64,000 nt of DNA from an uncultured Christensenella sp. (GTDB lineage: Bacteria > Bacillota > Clostridia > Christensenellales > Pumilibacteraceae): the NCBI GenBank assembly GCA_910585055.1, contig CAJUBY010000001.1, positions 56,255-120,254 of the forward strand, written 5' to 3'. Shown one piece after another: positions 9,736 through 20,280 of the stretch; position 1 is the first letter of the stretch, and every line of letters starts with the position of its first letter. The position numbers and the translations under genes are program-made. The notes beneath the pieces are model-generated. The model searched no databases. It saw only the letters and a list, made by a program, of their open reading frames with translations, and had not been told where the DNA came from.

Positions 9736-9816
9736 CGGTTTTATACGGAATTTGACACGAAAGAAAAGTTTTTTCGTATGCCTTACCGTACAGCTAAACC
9801 GACGGTTTAGTAAATC
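9736..9816 (+). repeat. 81-nt intergenic repeat, copy 2
   Basis: See copy 1. The palindrome lies at 9794-9810, and TTGACA lies at 9752-9757 inside the element. Confidence 0.7.
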
Positions 9817-10019
9817 AAGAATTTTAAGGTTTGAAATCGCGGCATATTTTTGCAGAAATACGGATAGATAGGAGGATTTTATAGATTACAATACAGTATA
9901 TGTATAGTACGGCGAATAAATTTGTAAAGTACGGTACAAACTAAACTTGCATAGACAAAGTTTCCGTTTATAAATAAAATTCGGATTTGTTGTCTAAATC
10001 ATAAAGGGGGAAAGTGGAA

Positions 10020-10184
10020 ATGGCTAACACCAAAAAGACTGCTACGAGCAAAAACAATTCGACGCGTTGCTGCAGCTCTAAAAAGACTGAAAACAACGTA
10101 CGCAATTGCGGTTCGACGACTAAGAACAGCAAGTCGACTACTCGTACGCAAAGCAAAAAGTCCGAAACCGTAAAAGCGAAATAA
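10020..10184 (+). CDS. small basic Lys/Thr/Ser/Asn-rich protein (54 aa, 3 Cys)
   Basis: The ATG lies 8 nt after AAAGGGGGAAAG. Translation: MANTKKTATSKNNSTRCCSSKKTENNVRNCGSTTKNSKSTTRTQSKKSETVKAK. It is not in the ORF track (<60 aa). It is the only well-signalled ORF in the 2.5-kb gene-poor region. Confidence 0.4.
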   Translation: MANTKKTATSKNNSTRCCSSKKTENNVRNCGSTTKNSKSTTRTQSKKSETVKAK

Positions 10185-11564
10185 GGACAGGCAAATAATT
10201 ACATCACTTACCTAAGCGAAAAATCGAGCCCGAATATGAGCCCGATTTTTTCGTGTCGCATTTAATAAGTAATGTTAATAATGATAGTTCAAACCGTGAT
10301 TATCCGTTAGTTCGGGAAACAGCATAAACAGCGTTTATAATATACGTATGGGGGTAATATGATAAAATGCCGTATAAGCTTACAGGATAATAAAAACATA
10401 AGTTTTTTTAACTATTTCTATCGGATCATTAGACGGATGTTAAATAAAAAGACCATTTTTGCCGCCATATTTGGGGCATTACAGACTTACGGATATTTTA
10501 CCGGCTTGTCGTGAAATATCTTCAAAACGGTTGTGTCGATCGCGCAGGTTTTTATAAGTTAAATTGCGGTAATGTACATATTAAACCGCTTCAACTGCGG
10601 TACGGCAATCGACATCTCGCACGTAAAACGGCTGTATCGACGAAAACAATTTATTGCCGGATGTACCTAACAAACCGAAAAAGACTATAGTTATTTTATA
10701 AAATTCATTATGATCGATACCGATTATTGTACGTTTTTATTTCTCATATTTTCGGTTATTCGTAAAACCAATAGAGGTTGAGTTAATGTCTCTTGGGCGG
10801 TACCGATTCAGTTCAATTTGACTGCCAACACCTTTTTCATGTCTTATATACGGAAGTTTTTGCCGGATACATCGACTGCACATAAAGGGTTTTAGGCTGT
10901 CGCCCAGAAACAGCTTTTGAGCGGTCGAAATATCGATATATTTTGTTAATTTGTCTGTCCGTATCAAATTTAAGTATGCTTAATGAAATTGCTTGTATAC
11001 CGAAAAATATTATTTACATTAAATATAACAGCTTTATAAAATCAAATAAAATATGAAATTAAATTTCATAAAATTACGGTAAAATATTATTGATTTAAAT
11101 ATGAAAATTATAATTAATTTAATACTCGTTATTTACCCCCGGTTCGTCAATATATTAAAAACATTAAAAAATTACAAATATTTCTGCCGTTATGACATAA
11201 AAAAGCAGTTTTTAGCAGTTTTTACATGATTTTGCGCTATAATAATATGATAAATATTTACTGACTAAAATAATTTTTTATTTACAAAAAATATATAAAA
11301 TTTAAATTATTAAAATTTTATGCTCATACGGTATTTAGGTTTAATATTTATTTCGGTCGTTTAAGTGAATGACGGTTTTTTCGGTGCGGTTGGTCGGTAA
11401 AAAGTCGGAGACTAATTACGGTATAAACGCCGTTATTTTACAAGCATATCATCCGACTATTGTAATAACTCCGAGAATAAAGTCGTGCGGCGGAAAAAAT
11501 TTTAAAAGGTTATTCGGATAAACGTAAAACGACATGCTGTCGACAAAAAAATCGACTAAAACGC

Positions 11565-11594
11565 TTGACAAGAGGTGTTGTATTGTATTATAAT
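11565..11594 (+). promoter_or_regulatory. putative str-operon promoter
   Basis: TTGACA (11565-11570), 18-nt spacer, TATAAT (11589-11594), ~110 nt upstream of rpsL. Confidence 0.6.
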
Positions 11595-11703
11595 CAAAGT
11601 TACGCGTGGAATTGCGCGTACGGTAAGTCAATTACCAAATGCTCTTTATTCGGGTCTTACTCGAAGCGGGAGCGGCAATACTACTAAAAGGAGGTAGAGT
11701 AAT

Positions 11704-12075
11704 ATGCCTACGATCAACCAGCTTGTTAGGAAGGGTCGTCAAAAGGTCGAGTATAAGTCCATGAGTCCTATTCTCGATAACAATCCGCAAAAGCGCGGTG
11801 TGTGTCTTTCGGTAACGACGACAACGCCTAAAAAGCCTAACTCCGCTTTGCGCAAGATCGCACGTGTGCGTCTTGTAAATAAGATGGAAGGTACGGTCTA
11901 CATTCCCGGCATCGGTCACAACCTGCAAGAACACTCGGTTGTGCTTGTTCGGGGTGGGCGTGTGAAGGATTTGCCCGGTGTGCGGTATCACATCATCCGC
12001 GGTGCATTAGACACCGCAGGTGTGGCCAAACGCAAGCAAGCCCGCTCAAAGTACGGCGCAAAGAAAGCGAAGTAA
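11704..12075 (+). CDS. rpsL: 30S ribosomal protein S12
   Basis: [13 protein letters not shown]... is universally conserved S12 sequence. RBS AAAGGAGG. Confidence 0.98.
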   Translation: MPTINQLVRKGRQKVEYKSMSPILDNNPQKRGVCLSVTTTTPKKPNSALRKIARVRLVNKMEGTVYIPGIGHNLQEHSVVLVRGGRVKDLPGVRYHIIRGALDTAGVAKRKQARSKYGAKKAK

Positions 12076-12387
12076 TTTAGGACCGTCTTATATCGCACTC
12101 GCGCGACGTGTTGCTATCGGTTTTTTGAGGTAACTGAGTTGCGGCTGCTCGGTGTAGCGTTGCTACGGCTTTGCGGTCGTGCGTTGTCTCGGAGTTAAAC
12201 GTATACGGAACGTTTGCGCAGTGTTTTCGGACAGTCCGTACGCAATTATGTCTTTGATTTTAATAAGGCATATAATGCGGATACTTTGCGATTCGGCGTT
12301 TAATCGCTTTTCATTAATATATTATATATATCGAAAGGCGCTACGGGGCGGACATGCCCCATAATAAAATCGAATAAGGAGATAATC

Positions 12388-12858
12388 ATGCCGAGAAGAA
12401 GCGGCGTCCCCAAAAGGGATGTTTTACCCGACCCTATTTATAACAGCAAGGTCGTTACAAAGCTTGTAAATCAGATCATGCAGGACGGCAAAAAGGGTAC
12501 GGCGCAAGCAATAGTATACGACGCGTTTTCTATAATAAAAGAAAAAACGTCGCTCGAACCGGTAGACGTTTTCGGTCAGGCAATGGCCAACGTCAAACCG
12601 CAGTTGGAAGTTAAAGCACGCAGAGTGGGCGGCTCGACTTATCAGGTCCCGCTCGAGATCCGTGCGGACCGTCAGCAGACGCTCGCTATACGTTGGATCG
12701 TTATGTTCGCACGTAAGCGCGGCGAAAAGACGATGGACGAGCGGCTTGCCGGCGAATTGATAGACGCGTACAACAATACCGGCGCGGCTGTCAAGCGCAA
12801 AGAAGAAATGCACAGAGTGGCGGAAGCGAACAAAGCGTTTGCCCACTTCAGATGGTAG
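12388..12858 (+). CDS. rpsG: 30S ribosomal protein S7
   Basis: [28 protein letters not shown]... is S7. RBS AAGGAG. Confidence 0.98.
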   Translation: MPRRSGVPKRDVLPDPIYNSKVVTKLVNQIMQDGKKGTAQAIVYDAFSIIKEKTSLEPVDVFGQAMANVKPQLEVKARRVGGSTYQVPLEIRADRQQTLAIRWIVMFARKRGEKTMDERLAGELIDAYNNTGAAVKRKEEMHRVAEANKAFAHFRW

Positions 12859-13134
12859 AGCGGCAGCGTAACGCAAACGCGTAATTGTCGAATCCGTACA
12901 GTAGGCGACAGTCTGTATATATTGCGGCGACGATCGCTTAAGATCTGATTCGGAACGGCGCAGCCTGTTCTGTCAATAATAAGGTCGGTATCCGACCGTA
13001 ACGGTTTGCCTATAGGCAAACGCGAAAATTCGCAATATTATATATCCGATGCCGAGTGCACTGCGCTTACGGCGGCAAGCGATGTATCGGAGCGAATAAT
13101 TCTATCGTCGAAAGGCGAAAAATAGAGGATAATT

Positions 13135-15234
13135 ATGGCAAGACAATTTGCATTGGAAAACACGCGCAACATCGGTATCATGGCGCATATCGACGCAGGT
13201 AAAACTACGACTTCCGAGCGTATTTTGTTCTATACCGGAAAGGTACACAAGATAGGCGAAGTCCACGACGGCGGTGCGACGATGGATTGGATGGTACAGG
13301 AGCAGGAACGCGGTATAACCATAACTTCCGCTGCGACCACCACGCAGTGGCGTACGTCGCCAAACGCGCCGATGACGCGCATAAACCTTATAGATACCCC
13401 GGGACACGTCGATTTTACAGTCGAAGTGGAACGTTCGCTTAAAGTTCTCGACGGCGCGGTCGCGGTGTTTTGCGCAAAGGGCGGTGTCGAACCGCAGTCC
13501 GAAACCGTTTGGAGGCAGGCGGACAAGTACGGTGTTCCGCGTATGGCGTACGTCAATAAGATGGACATTAACGGCGCTAATTTCTTTAATGTGCTCAAAA
13601 TGATGAAAGAACGTTTGGGCGCACACCCCGTCGCATTGCAGATCCCTATCGGCAATGAAGATACTTTTAAGGGCATGATCGACCTTGTCACCATGAAAGC
13701 GGAGATCTACGAGGACGATCTCGGAAACGTCATAAACGAGACCGAGATCCCCGCGGAGCTTAAAGCACAGGCGGACGAGTACCGCGGCTATCTGCTGGAG
13801 GCTGTTGCCGAAACCGACGACGCGCTTATGGAAAAATACTTCGCGGGCGAAGAACTGTCCGTCGAAGAGATACGTGCAGCCGTTCGCAAAGCGACTATAA
13901 ACATGACGATGAACCCCGTTTTCTGCGGATCGTCGTATAAAAACAAGGGCGTACAGAAACTGCTCGATGCGGTAGTTTATTATCTGCCCAGCCCTATCGA
14001 TATCGCAAACATAAAAGGTACCGATAAGGACGGGAACGAAGTCGAACGCAAAACAGACGATAACGAAGCTTTTTCGGGACTTGCGTTTAAGATCGCGGCG
14101 GATCCGTTTGTCGGAAAACTCGCGTTTTTCCGTTGCTACAGCGGCGTTTGTCCTGCCGGTTCGTATGTTTTAAACTCGACCAAGGGCAAAAAAGAACGTA
14201 TCGGCAGATTGCTTTTGATGCATGCCAATTCGCGTACCGATATAGAAGAAGTACGAGCCGGCGATATTTGCGCAATCGTAGGACTTAAAGATACGACCAC
14301 CGGCGATACGCTGTGCGACGCGTCGCACCCGATAATACTCGAGAGCATGGAATTCCCCGAACCGGTCATCCGCGTAGCTATCGAGCCCAAAACTAAAGCC
14401 GGTCAGGAAAAAATGACGATGGCGCTTATAAAACTCGCGGAAGAAGACCCGACGTTTAAGACCTATACCGATCAGGAAACGGGTCAGACGATAATCGCCG
14501 GTATGGGCGAGCTGCACCTCGATATAATAGTCGACCGTTTGCTCCGCGAATTTAAAGTGGAAGCCAATGTCGGTAAACCGCAAGTCGCGTACCGCGAGAC
14601 CATCCGCAAGAAAGTCGAAGCGGAAGGCAAGTATATACGTCAGAGCGGCGGTAAAGGTCAGTACGGTCACTGTAAAGTCGTTATGGAGCCGCTCGAACAG
14701 GGTCAGGGCTACGTTTTCGAAGACAAGACCGTCGGCGGATCGGTCCCGAAAGAATATATCCCGGCAGTCGACAACGGTATACAGGAAGCGCGTATGAGCG
14801 GTATCCTTGCCGGTTACGAATGTGTGGACTTTAAAGTTACGTTGTACGACGGAAGCTACCACGAAGTCGACTCGTCCGAAATGGCGTTTAAGATCGCCGG
14901 TTCCATGGCGTTTAAGGACGGCATGAAAAAGGGCGATGCGTACCTGCTCGAACCTATCATGAAGGTAGACATAACGCTGCCAGACGAATATCTCGGCGAC
15001 GTTATGGGCAACGTTAGTTCGCGCCGCGGCACGATCTTCGGCACCGACCTTGTAAACGGCAGTCAGATAATCCATGCGGAGATCCCTCTGTCCGAAATGT
15101 TCGGGTATGCGACCGACCTTCGTTCGCGCACGCAGGGTCGCGGCAACTACACCATGCAGTTCGACCATTACGCCGAAGTTCCCCGCAATATAGCGGAGAA
15201 GGTAATAGGCGAGCGCAGCAAAGCCCAATCCTGA
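13135..15234 (+). CDS. fusA: elongation factor G
   Basis: 699 aa with [28 protein letters not shown] and NKMD motifs. Confidence 0.98.
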   Translation: MARQFALENTRNIGIMAHIDAGKTTTSERILFYTGKVHKIGEVHDGGATMDWMVQEQERGITITSAATTTQWRTSPNAPMTRINLIDTPGHVDFTVEVERSLKVLDGAVAVFCAKGGVEPQSETVWRQADKYGVPRMAYVNKMDINGANFFNVLKMMKERLGAHPVALQIPIGNEDTFKGMIDLVTMKAEIYEDDLGNVINETEIPAELKAQADEYRGYLLEAVAETDDALMEKYFAGEELSVEEIRAAVRKATINMTMNPVFCGSSYKNKGVQKLLDAVVYYLPSPIDIANIKGTDKDGNEVERKTDDNEAFSGLAFKIAADPFVGKLAFFRCYSGVCPAGSYVLNSTKGKKERIGRLLLMHANSRTDIEEVRAGDICAIVGLKDTTTGDTLCDASHPIILESMEFPEPVIRVAIEPKTKAGQEKMTMALIKLAEEDPTFKTYTDQETGQTIIAGMGELHLDIIVDRLLREFKVEANVGKPQVAYRETIRKKVEAEGKYIRQSGGKGQYGHCKVVMEPLEQGQGYVFEDKTVGGSVPKEYIPAVDNGIQEARMSGILAGYECVDFKVTLYDGSYHEVDSSEMAFKIAGSMAFKDGMKKGDAYLLEPIMKVDITLPDEYLGDVMGNVSSRRGTIFGTDLVNGSQIIHAEIPLSEMFGYATDLRSRTQGRGNYTMQFDHYAEVPRNIAEKVIGERSKAQS

Positions 15235-15606
15235 TTTTTTGCACATACATCGCCGGATACGGCGTCAGCGGTCGCACGGCGCTCGGTCATGCAGGTAGGT
15301 CTGCATCCCCGTCGCTCCGTACTCGGACTTCCTTGTCTGCGGTGCGTCTGTGCAAAAAAGCTTGATCGTACGGAATTGGCAAACAGACTGTGGGCGTACG
15401 GAACGCGATCTTGTCGCGTCACACATTGCTCTACCGTCGGTATATATGTTGCCGATACGATTCCGAATAAGGCATTGTTCGATGCGAAACTTATGTTTGT
15501 AAGAAACGTCGGTTAAAATCGTTTCGGATGAATAAAACACTTTTTAAAGCTGCGCCGCGCCTCGGCGCCGCACCGCAAAATCTTTTTAAAATCAACGTTA
15601 AAACGG

Positions 15607-15635
15607 TTGAGATTTTGAGAAAGTCGTGGTATAAT
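15607..15635 (+). promoter_or_regulatory. putative internal promoter for tuf
   Basis: TTGAGA, 17-nt spacer, TGgTATAAT (extended -10) at 15627-15635. Confidence 0.5.
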
Positions 15636-15679
15636 AAGGCAAATAAATAAAAAAAGATTCTCTCGGAGGATATTAAAAA

Positions 15680-16882
15680 ATGGCAAAGGCAAAATTTGAC
15701 AGAAGCAAACCGCACGTCAATATCGGTACCATCGGTCACGTCGACCACGGCAAAACCACTTTGACCGCGGCGATCACCATGGTTCTTGCGGCTAAAGGTC
15801 TGGCGGAGCAAATGCGCTACGACCAAATAGATAAAGCGCCGGAAGAGAAGGCGCGCGGAATCACCATCAACACTTCGCACGTCGAGTATCAGACGGAAAA
15901 CCGTCACTATGCACACGTCGACTGCCCGGGGCACGCGGACTATGTTAAAAACATGATCACCGGTGCTGCTCAGATGGACGGAGCTATCCTTGTCGTTGCG
16001 GCAACCGACGGTGTTATGCCTCAGACTCGCGAGCATATCGTTCTTGCGCGTCAGGTCGGCGTTCCTCGTATCGCCGTGTTCATGAACAAGACCGATCAAG
16101 TCGACGACGAAGAAATGCTCGATCTCGTCGATATGGAAGTGCGCGAACTGCTTTCCAAGTACGGTTTCGACGGCGACGGCGCGCCCGTTATCCGCGGTTC
16201 CGCGCTCAAAGCGCTCGAAGCTGCACAGTCCGGCAAAGCGGACGATCCTGCCTGCAACTGCATCATGGAACTTATGGCTGCAGTAGACAGCTATATTCCC
16301 ACTCCCGAACGCGACGTGGATAAGCCCTTCCTTATGCCTGTCGAAGATATCTTTACTATCACGGGTCGCGGTACCGTTGCGACCGGCCGTGTCGAACGCG
16401 GTGCTATAAAAGTCGGCGATCCCGTAGAAATTGTCGGTATCAGAGCTACAAAGAGTTCGGTCGTTACCGGTATAGAAATGTTCCGTAAAACGCTCGATTC
16501 CGCTCAGTCCGGCGACAACGCAGGTATCTTGCTCCGCGGCGTCGACCGTAAAGACATCGAGCGCGGACAGGTCATTGCGAAACCCGGTTCGATCACACCG
16601 CACACCGAGTTCAAAGCAGAGGTGTACGTTTTGAAGAAAGAAGAAGGCGGCCGTCACACTCCGTTCTTTAACGGCTACCGTCCGCAGTTCTATTTCCGTA
16701 CGACAGACGTTACCGGTTTGGTAGAGCTGCCGAAGGGAATCGAAATGGTCACGCCCGGCGATAACGTAACAATGACCGTTACGCTTATCCACCCGATCGC
16801 GGCCGAAAAAGGTCTGCGCTTCGCTATCCGTGAAGGCGGCAGAACGGTCGGTTCCGGTGTTGTCACCGAGATCATTAAATAA
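15680..16882 (+). CDS. tuf: elongation factor Tu
   Basis: 400 aa with [18 protein letters not shown] and NKTD motifs. Confidence 0.98.
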   Translation: MAKAKFDRSKPHVNIGTIGHVDHGKTTLTAAITMVLAAKGLAEQMRYDQIDKAPEEKARGITINTSHVEYQTENRHYAHVDCPGHADYVKNMITGAAQMDGAILVVAATDGVMPQTREHIVLARQVGVPRIAVFMNKTDQVDDEEMLDLVDMEVRELLSKYGFDGDGAPVIRGSALKALEAAQSGKADDPACNCIMELMAAVDSYIPTPERDVDKPFLMPVEDIFTITGRGTVATGRVERGAIKVGDPVEIVGIRATKSSVVTGIEMFRKTLDSAQSGDNAGILLRGVDRKDIERGQVIAKPGSITPHTEFKAEVYVLKKEEGGRHTPFFNGYRPQFYFRTTDVTGLVELPKGIEMVTPGDNVTMTVTLIHPIAAEKGLRFAIREGGRTVGSGVVTEIIK

Positions 16883-16906
16883 TATAGCTTGATTAAAAAC
16901 AAAGAG

Positions 16907-16937
16907 AACGATCTTTCGATGAAAGGTCGTTTTTTTG
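16907..16937 (+). terminator. rho-independent terminator after tuf
   Basis: AACGATCTTTC-gat-GAAAGGTCGTT followed by T7. Confidence 0.8.
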
Positions 16938-17274
16938 TGTAAAAATTTTTGGGGCTGTATAAGTGTTTGATCGAGATCTTATTTCGGCGGATCGATATTT
17001 CGGCTAATGATCGAATAAATGAAATGTTAAAAAATAAATTTCATTAATAGTTTTAGTCTGTTATATATGTTCGTAACGCGTATTCCGTAAATACGGGCGG
17101 TCCTACGGTAAGCAATGTAATAACCATACAAATATACGATGTCGGAACGACGGCGGAAATATTATTGCCGAACGTAGACGCCCAATAAATAAACGAAAAA
17201 GACAGTTACGGAAACAACTTCCTATAGTGAATTAAAAAAACGAATTTATATTTGTCGCACTTTCGGGCGAGGAT

Positions 17275-17309
17275 AAAAGCTCTCGAACAATTTGTTCGAG
17301 AGCTTTTTT
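17275..17309. terminator. bidirectional hairpin terminator
   Basis: AAAAGCTCTCGAACA-atttg-TTCGAGAGCTTTTTT. It lies downstream of the GNAT pseudogene on the minus strand. Confidence 0.7.
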
Positions 17310-17342
17310 ACACATAAAGACGTTATTAAGATATATTGAATT

Positions 17343-18171
17343 TTACTTAACAAAAGTAAACACTTCCGAAGACTTTTTCATGCCGATATTATAATAAAAA
17401 GCTTATTCCGAAATTACGATCTTTTGGCACCTTGCTTTCTCGCACGGTTCAATGCTTCGTAAACAACGGATGCTCCAAGCCCTTTTTTGCGATGTTCGGG
17501 AACGATTGCAACGGGTTTGATATACGCAGTTTCACCGCCGCGATTCCACGCTCCGCAATGAGCAACGTAATCTCCGTCTTTAATTACGAACGTTTTAATA
17601 TATTCTTTAATTTGCAGTTGTTTTTCAACTTCGGCAATTACCTCGTTATGCGTTTGCGGCATAACGTCGTTATAAAAGCCGCGGTGTATCACTAACCGCC
17701 GTTGCCGGTCGTCGATTTGTGCATTCGGTTTATTGACAGAAAATCCCGTGGGAAGCCGATAGGAAAGATCTTGAGTAAATCAATAGCCAAAACACTTTCC
17801 GAATCTTGTTTTTTGTAACCCAAGTCATCGAGCAATTTACAAAGCGCAATATCATTTAGGTTTACTTTATTTGTCGGTGTGTCGTCGACGTAGATCATAT
17901 GGCCTATCATATGCAGCAAAAGTTTTTCGTCGGAAAAAGAATGCAGAGTATACCAACGGTTTTGATAACAGGTATCGAATAGTGCGGTGCCGACGATCGT
18001 ATTGCCGTTAACCCTGAAAAGAACGATTTTAGACAACATTTCAACATCAAGGCATGGGTGCCATCATCCGGTCATAGCACCCTCAATGAAAATGCTCGTT
18101 AAAGCCGCATTCGGCGTTATACGAAGCAATTTGCGGATTTCCTTATACCGATCATTAAAGAGTTCGTGTGT
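17343..18171 (-). pseudogene. decayed GNAT-family N-acetyltransferase
   Basis: The acetyl-CoA motif VAIVPEHRKKGLGASVVYEALNRARKQGAK is present, but the reading frame is broken several times. There is an in-frame TGA at 18064-18066 and a frame change at ~17692 (the two track ORFs meet there). A further frame change lies near 17420 (..GAKRS* versus ..KIVISE), followed by an in-frame TAA before AFYYNIGMKKSSEVFTFVK*. Confidence 0.6.
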
Positions 18172-18511
18172 TTAATGACTTTCGATTGAATACATCGGTA
18201 CACTTTTTATTAAATTAGTATTTATCTCGGATGATTAAATCATGAAGATAAAAGAATTTCAACCATCGAATTTGGTAAGAAATTTTAAGCATATCACTAT
18301 CTTACCGAGCTATCGGCGGCATAGTTCGTCCGCGAAAAAAAGACAATATAAAAGGCGTGGCGTGAAGTCTCGCCTGATTCTCTTTCTTCTGCGGATCACC
18401 TGAAAGTTTCTACGAGAACTAAAACCGAACGGTATTTTTTTGTACGGTTGTTATACACATTATTCGAATTGTATAAATAAACCCGAATAAAACAGTTGAA
18501 AATTGCAGCAT

Positions 18512-18538
18512 AAAAAAGACCGCTTTGTTGACGGTCTT
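18512..18538 (-). terminator. rho-independent terminator of the MATE gene
   Basis: Minus strand reads AAGACCG-tcaacaaag-CGGTCTT followed by T6, 25 nt after the stop. Confidence 0.75.
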
Positions 18539-18562
18539 GCGGATTTTATGCAGATCTTTGTA

Positions 18563-19999
18563 TCATCTGTTTGTAAACGGTACTTGAGACGGGTTGGGAA
18601 GTTGTATGGTCTTGATATCTTTTCCGAAGAACGGTATGTATTTTTTTATGACCGTAAGAAATGCGGGGATCAGTACGAAATTGGCGCCTACCCAGGCTAT
18701 GCCGTTACACAGGCATATTACCGTAAAACTTGCGAAATGCATTGCGAGCAACGATATAAAGACGCGCATCATAACTTCCGCCGCGCCGGACACCAACGCG
18801 ATAGCGCCGCGTCCCATGCCCTGCAGAGCGCTACGCGAAATACAGAGCGTGCCGAGAAATATATAAAGACCCGAATTGAAAGCCAGGTATTTGAATGCGT
18901 AGTTGAACAGCGCTTCCGATCTGTCGGCTTCCGAGATAAAGAGCATTACGAGCGGACGGTGCATCCCCAACGCAACTGCGCAAAGCGCCAACGATATACA
19001 GATACAAAACACCGTAAATTGCCTGATTCCCGTACGGATCCGATCGTAACGTTTCGCACCGAAGTTCTGTCCGACAAATACGGCTATAGCCGCGCCGGAA
19101 TTGTTGAGTATGCTGGTCGCTAGCCCGTCGATCTTGGTAGCCGCGACGTATGCGGTTACGGCGAGCGGTTCCATAGTGTTGAGCGCGGTCTGACCGAATA
19201 TAAGACCTATGGAAATTACGGATGACTGAAGACCCATCGGCAAGCCGAGTTTTAAGTGCGTGCCGTAGTTTTTTATTTCCGGTTTAAAGTGTTTGGGATT
19301 AAGTCTCAGCTCGGGATAGCGCTTCCAAAGATAAATAAAAGTGAGGACCGCGGATATACCGTTTACCATTACGGTTGCGATAGCCGCGCCGCGCACGCCC
19401 ATGCCCAGGGCTATAACGAACAGACTGTCCAGTCCTGCGTTGAGAACGCACGACATCATAAGAAAGTACAGCGGCACACGCGAATCGCCTATGGCACGGA
19501 GCGTTGCGCCGAAAAGATTGGAAAACGCCGATAACAGCATACCGGCAAATATAACGGTTATGTATTCGAGTGCGTACGGCAAAAATTCCGGCTTGGTATT
19601 CATAGCTACCAGCATAGGTTTTGCTACCGAAAGCGCCACGACAGTCATGACTATAACGATTCCGAAAGTCAGTATAATCCCGGTAGCGAAAGAACGCCGC
19701 ATGCCTTCCGCATCGTGAGCGCCGCGTTTTTGACTGACTATAACTGAAAATCCCGACGCAAGACCGCTGACAAACCCCAGTATCATGTACGACACCGATC
19801 CGGTAGACCCGACACCCGTAAGCGCATCGGCGCCGAGAGCTTGACCTACGATCACCGTATCTACCAAGGAGTATAGCTGCTGTACGAAAATACCGATCAC
19901 CATGGGCAACATAAAAACGAGTATGCATTTAAGCGGTTTGCCCGAAGTAAGATCCATTGCTGTATTGTGAGGTTTAGCCGTTGAGTTTGGGGGTTTCAT
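18563..19999 (-). CDS. MATE family efflux transporter
   Basis: 478 aa, polytopic. The N-terminal region DLTSGKPLKCILVFMLPMVIGIFVQQLYSLVDTVIVGQALGADALTGVG is typical of MATE proteins. An alternative ATG at 19957 would give the usual N-terminus. Confidence 0.85.
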   Translation of the reverse strand: MKPPNSTAKPHNTAMDLTSGKPLKCILVFMLPMVIGIFVQQLYSLVDTVIVGQALGADALTGVGSTGSVSYMILGFVSGLASGFSVIVSQKRGAHDAEGMRRSFATGIILTFGIVIVMTVVALSVAKPMLVAMNTKPEFLPYALEYITVIFAGMLLSAFSNLFGATLRAIGDSRVPLYFLMMSCVLNAGLDSLFVIALGMGVRGAAIATVMVNGISAVLTFIYLWKRYPELRLNPKHFKPEIKNYGTHLKLGLPMGLQSSVISIGLIFGQTALNTMEPLAVTAYVAATKIDGLATSILNNSGAAIAVFVGQNFGAKRYDRIRTGIRQFTVFCICISLALCAVALGMHRPLVMLFISEADRSEALFNYAFKYLAFNSGLYIFLGTLCISRSALQGMGRGAIALVSGAAEVMMRVFISLLAMHFASFTVICLCNGIAWVGANFVLIPAFLTVIKKYIPFFGKDIKTIQLPNPSQVPFTNR

Positions 20000-20106
20000 A
20001 GTTTAAATGTTATAGCACCTTTATAATTCAAAGTCAACGAATTTAACGAAGTAAAATCGACAATTTTCAAATATTTTTTTCGAAAGATCCGTCACCGATC
20101 GCCACG

Positions 20107-20139
20107 TAAAACCGCTCGGATATCAACATATTCGAGCGG
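20107..20139 (-). terminator. possible terminator downstream of ribU
   Basis: Minus strand reads CCGCTCG-13 nt-CGAGCGG followed by TTTT, ~140 nt after the stop. Confidence 0.4.
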
Positions 20140-20280
20140 CGGAAAAAATGTGATTTATATTGCAATAAATACCGTCAGACAGTACGGATAAGATCCGGAT
20201 CCGATCAATTTCGGTCATTTATCACGACTATTTAAGTGTAACGGATCTCGGGTTCGGTAGTTTCGTTTGATATGAGTATA

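Noticed and set aside
9450-9816. The 81-nt repeats considered as a CRISPR array or tracrRNA remnant.
   Set aside because: There are only two copies, ~205 nt apart and 81% identical. Spacing is not regular and no cas genes are present.
10359-10967. Small ORFs in the gene-poor region: 51-aa plus-strand ORF 10359-10514 (MIKCRISLQDNKNISFFNYFYRIIRRML...) and 76-aa minus-strand ORF 10737-10967.
   Set aside because: They have weak or absent translation signals and no recognisable motifs. They may be gene remnants, but I cannot support a call.
9136-11700. AT-rich gene-free region considered as oriC.
   Set aside because: I could not find any TTATCCACA/TGTGGATAA DnaA boxes (one mismatch or fewer) by eye. 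dnaA and dnaN are not adjacent.
14170-16792. Long antisense ORFs opposite fusA (14170-15246, 358 aa) and tuf (15491-16792, 433 aa).
   Set aside because: The sense frames are unambiguous EF-G and EF-Tu. The antisense ORFs arise from codon bias and have no RBS or recognisable domains.
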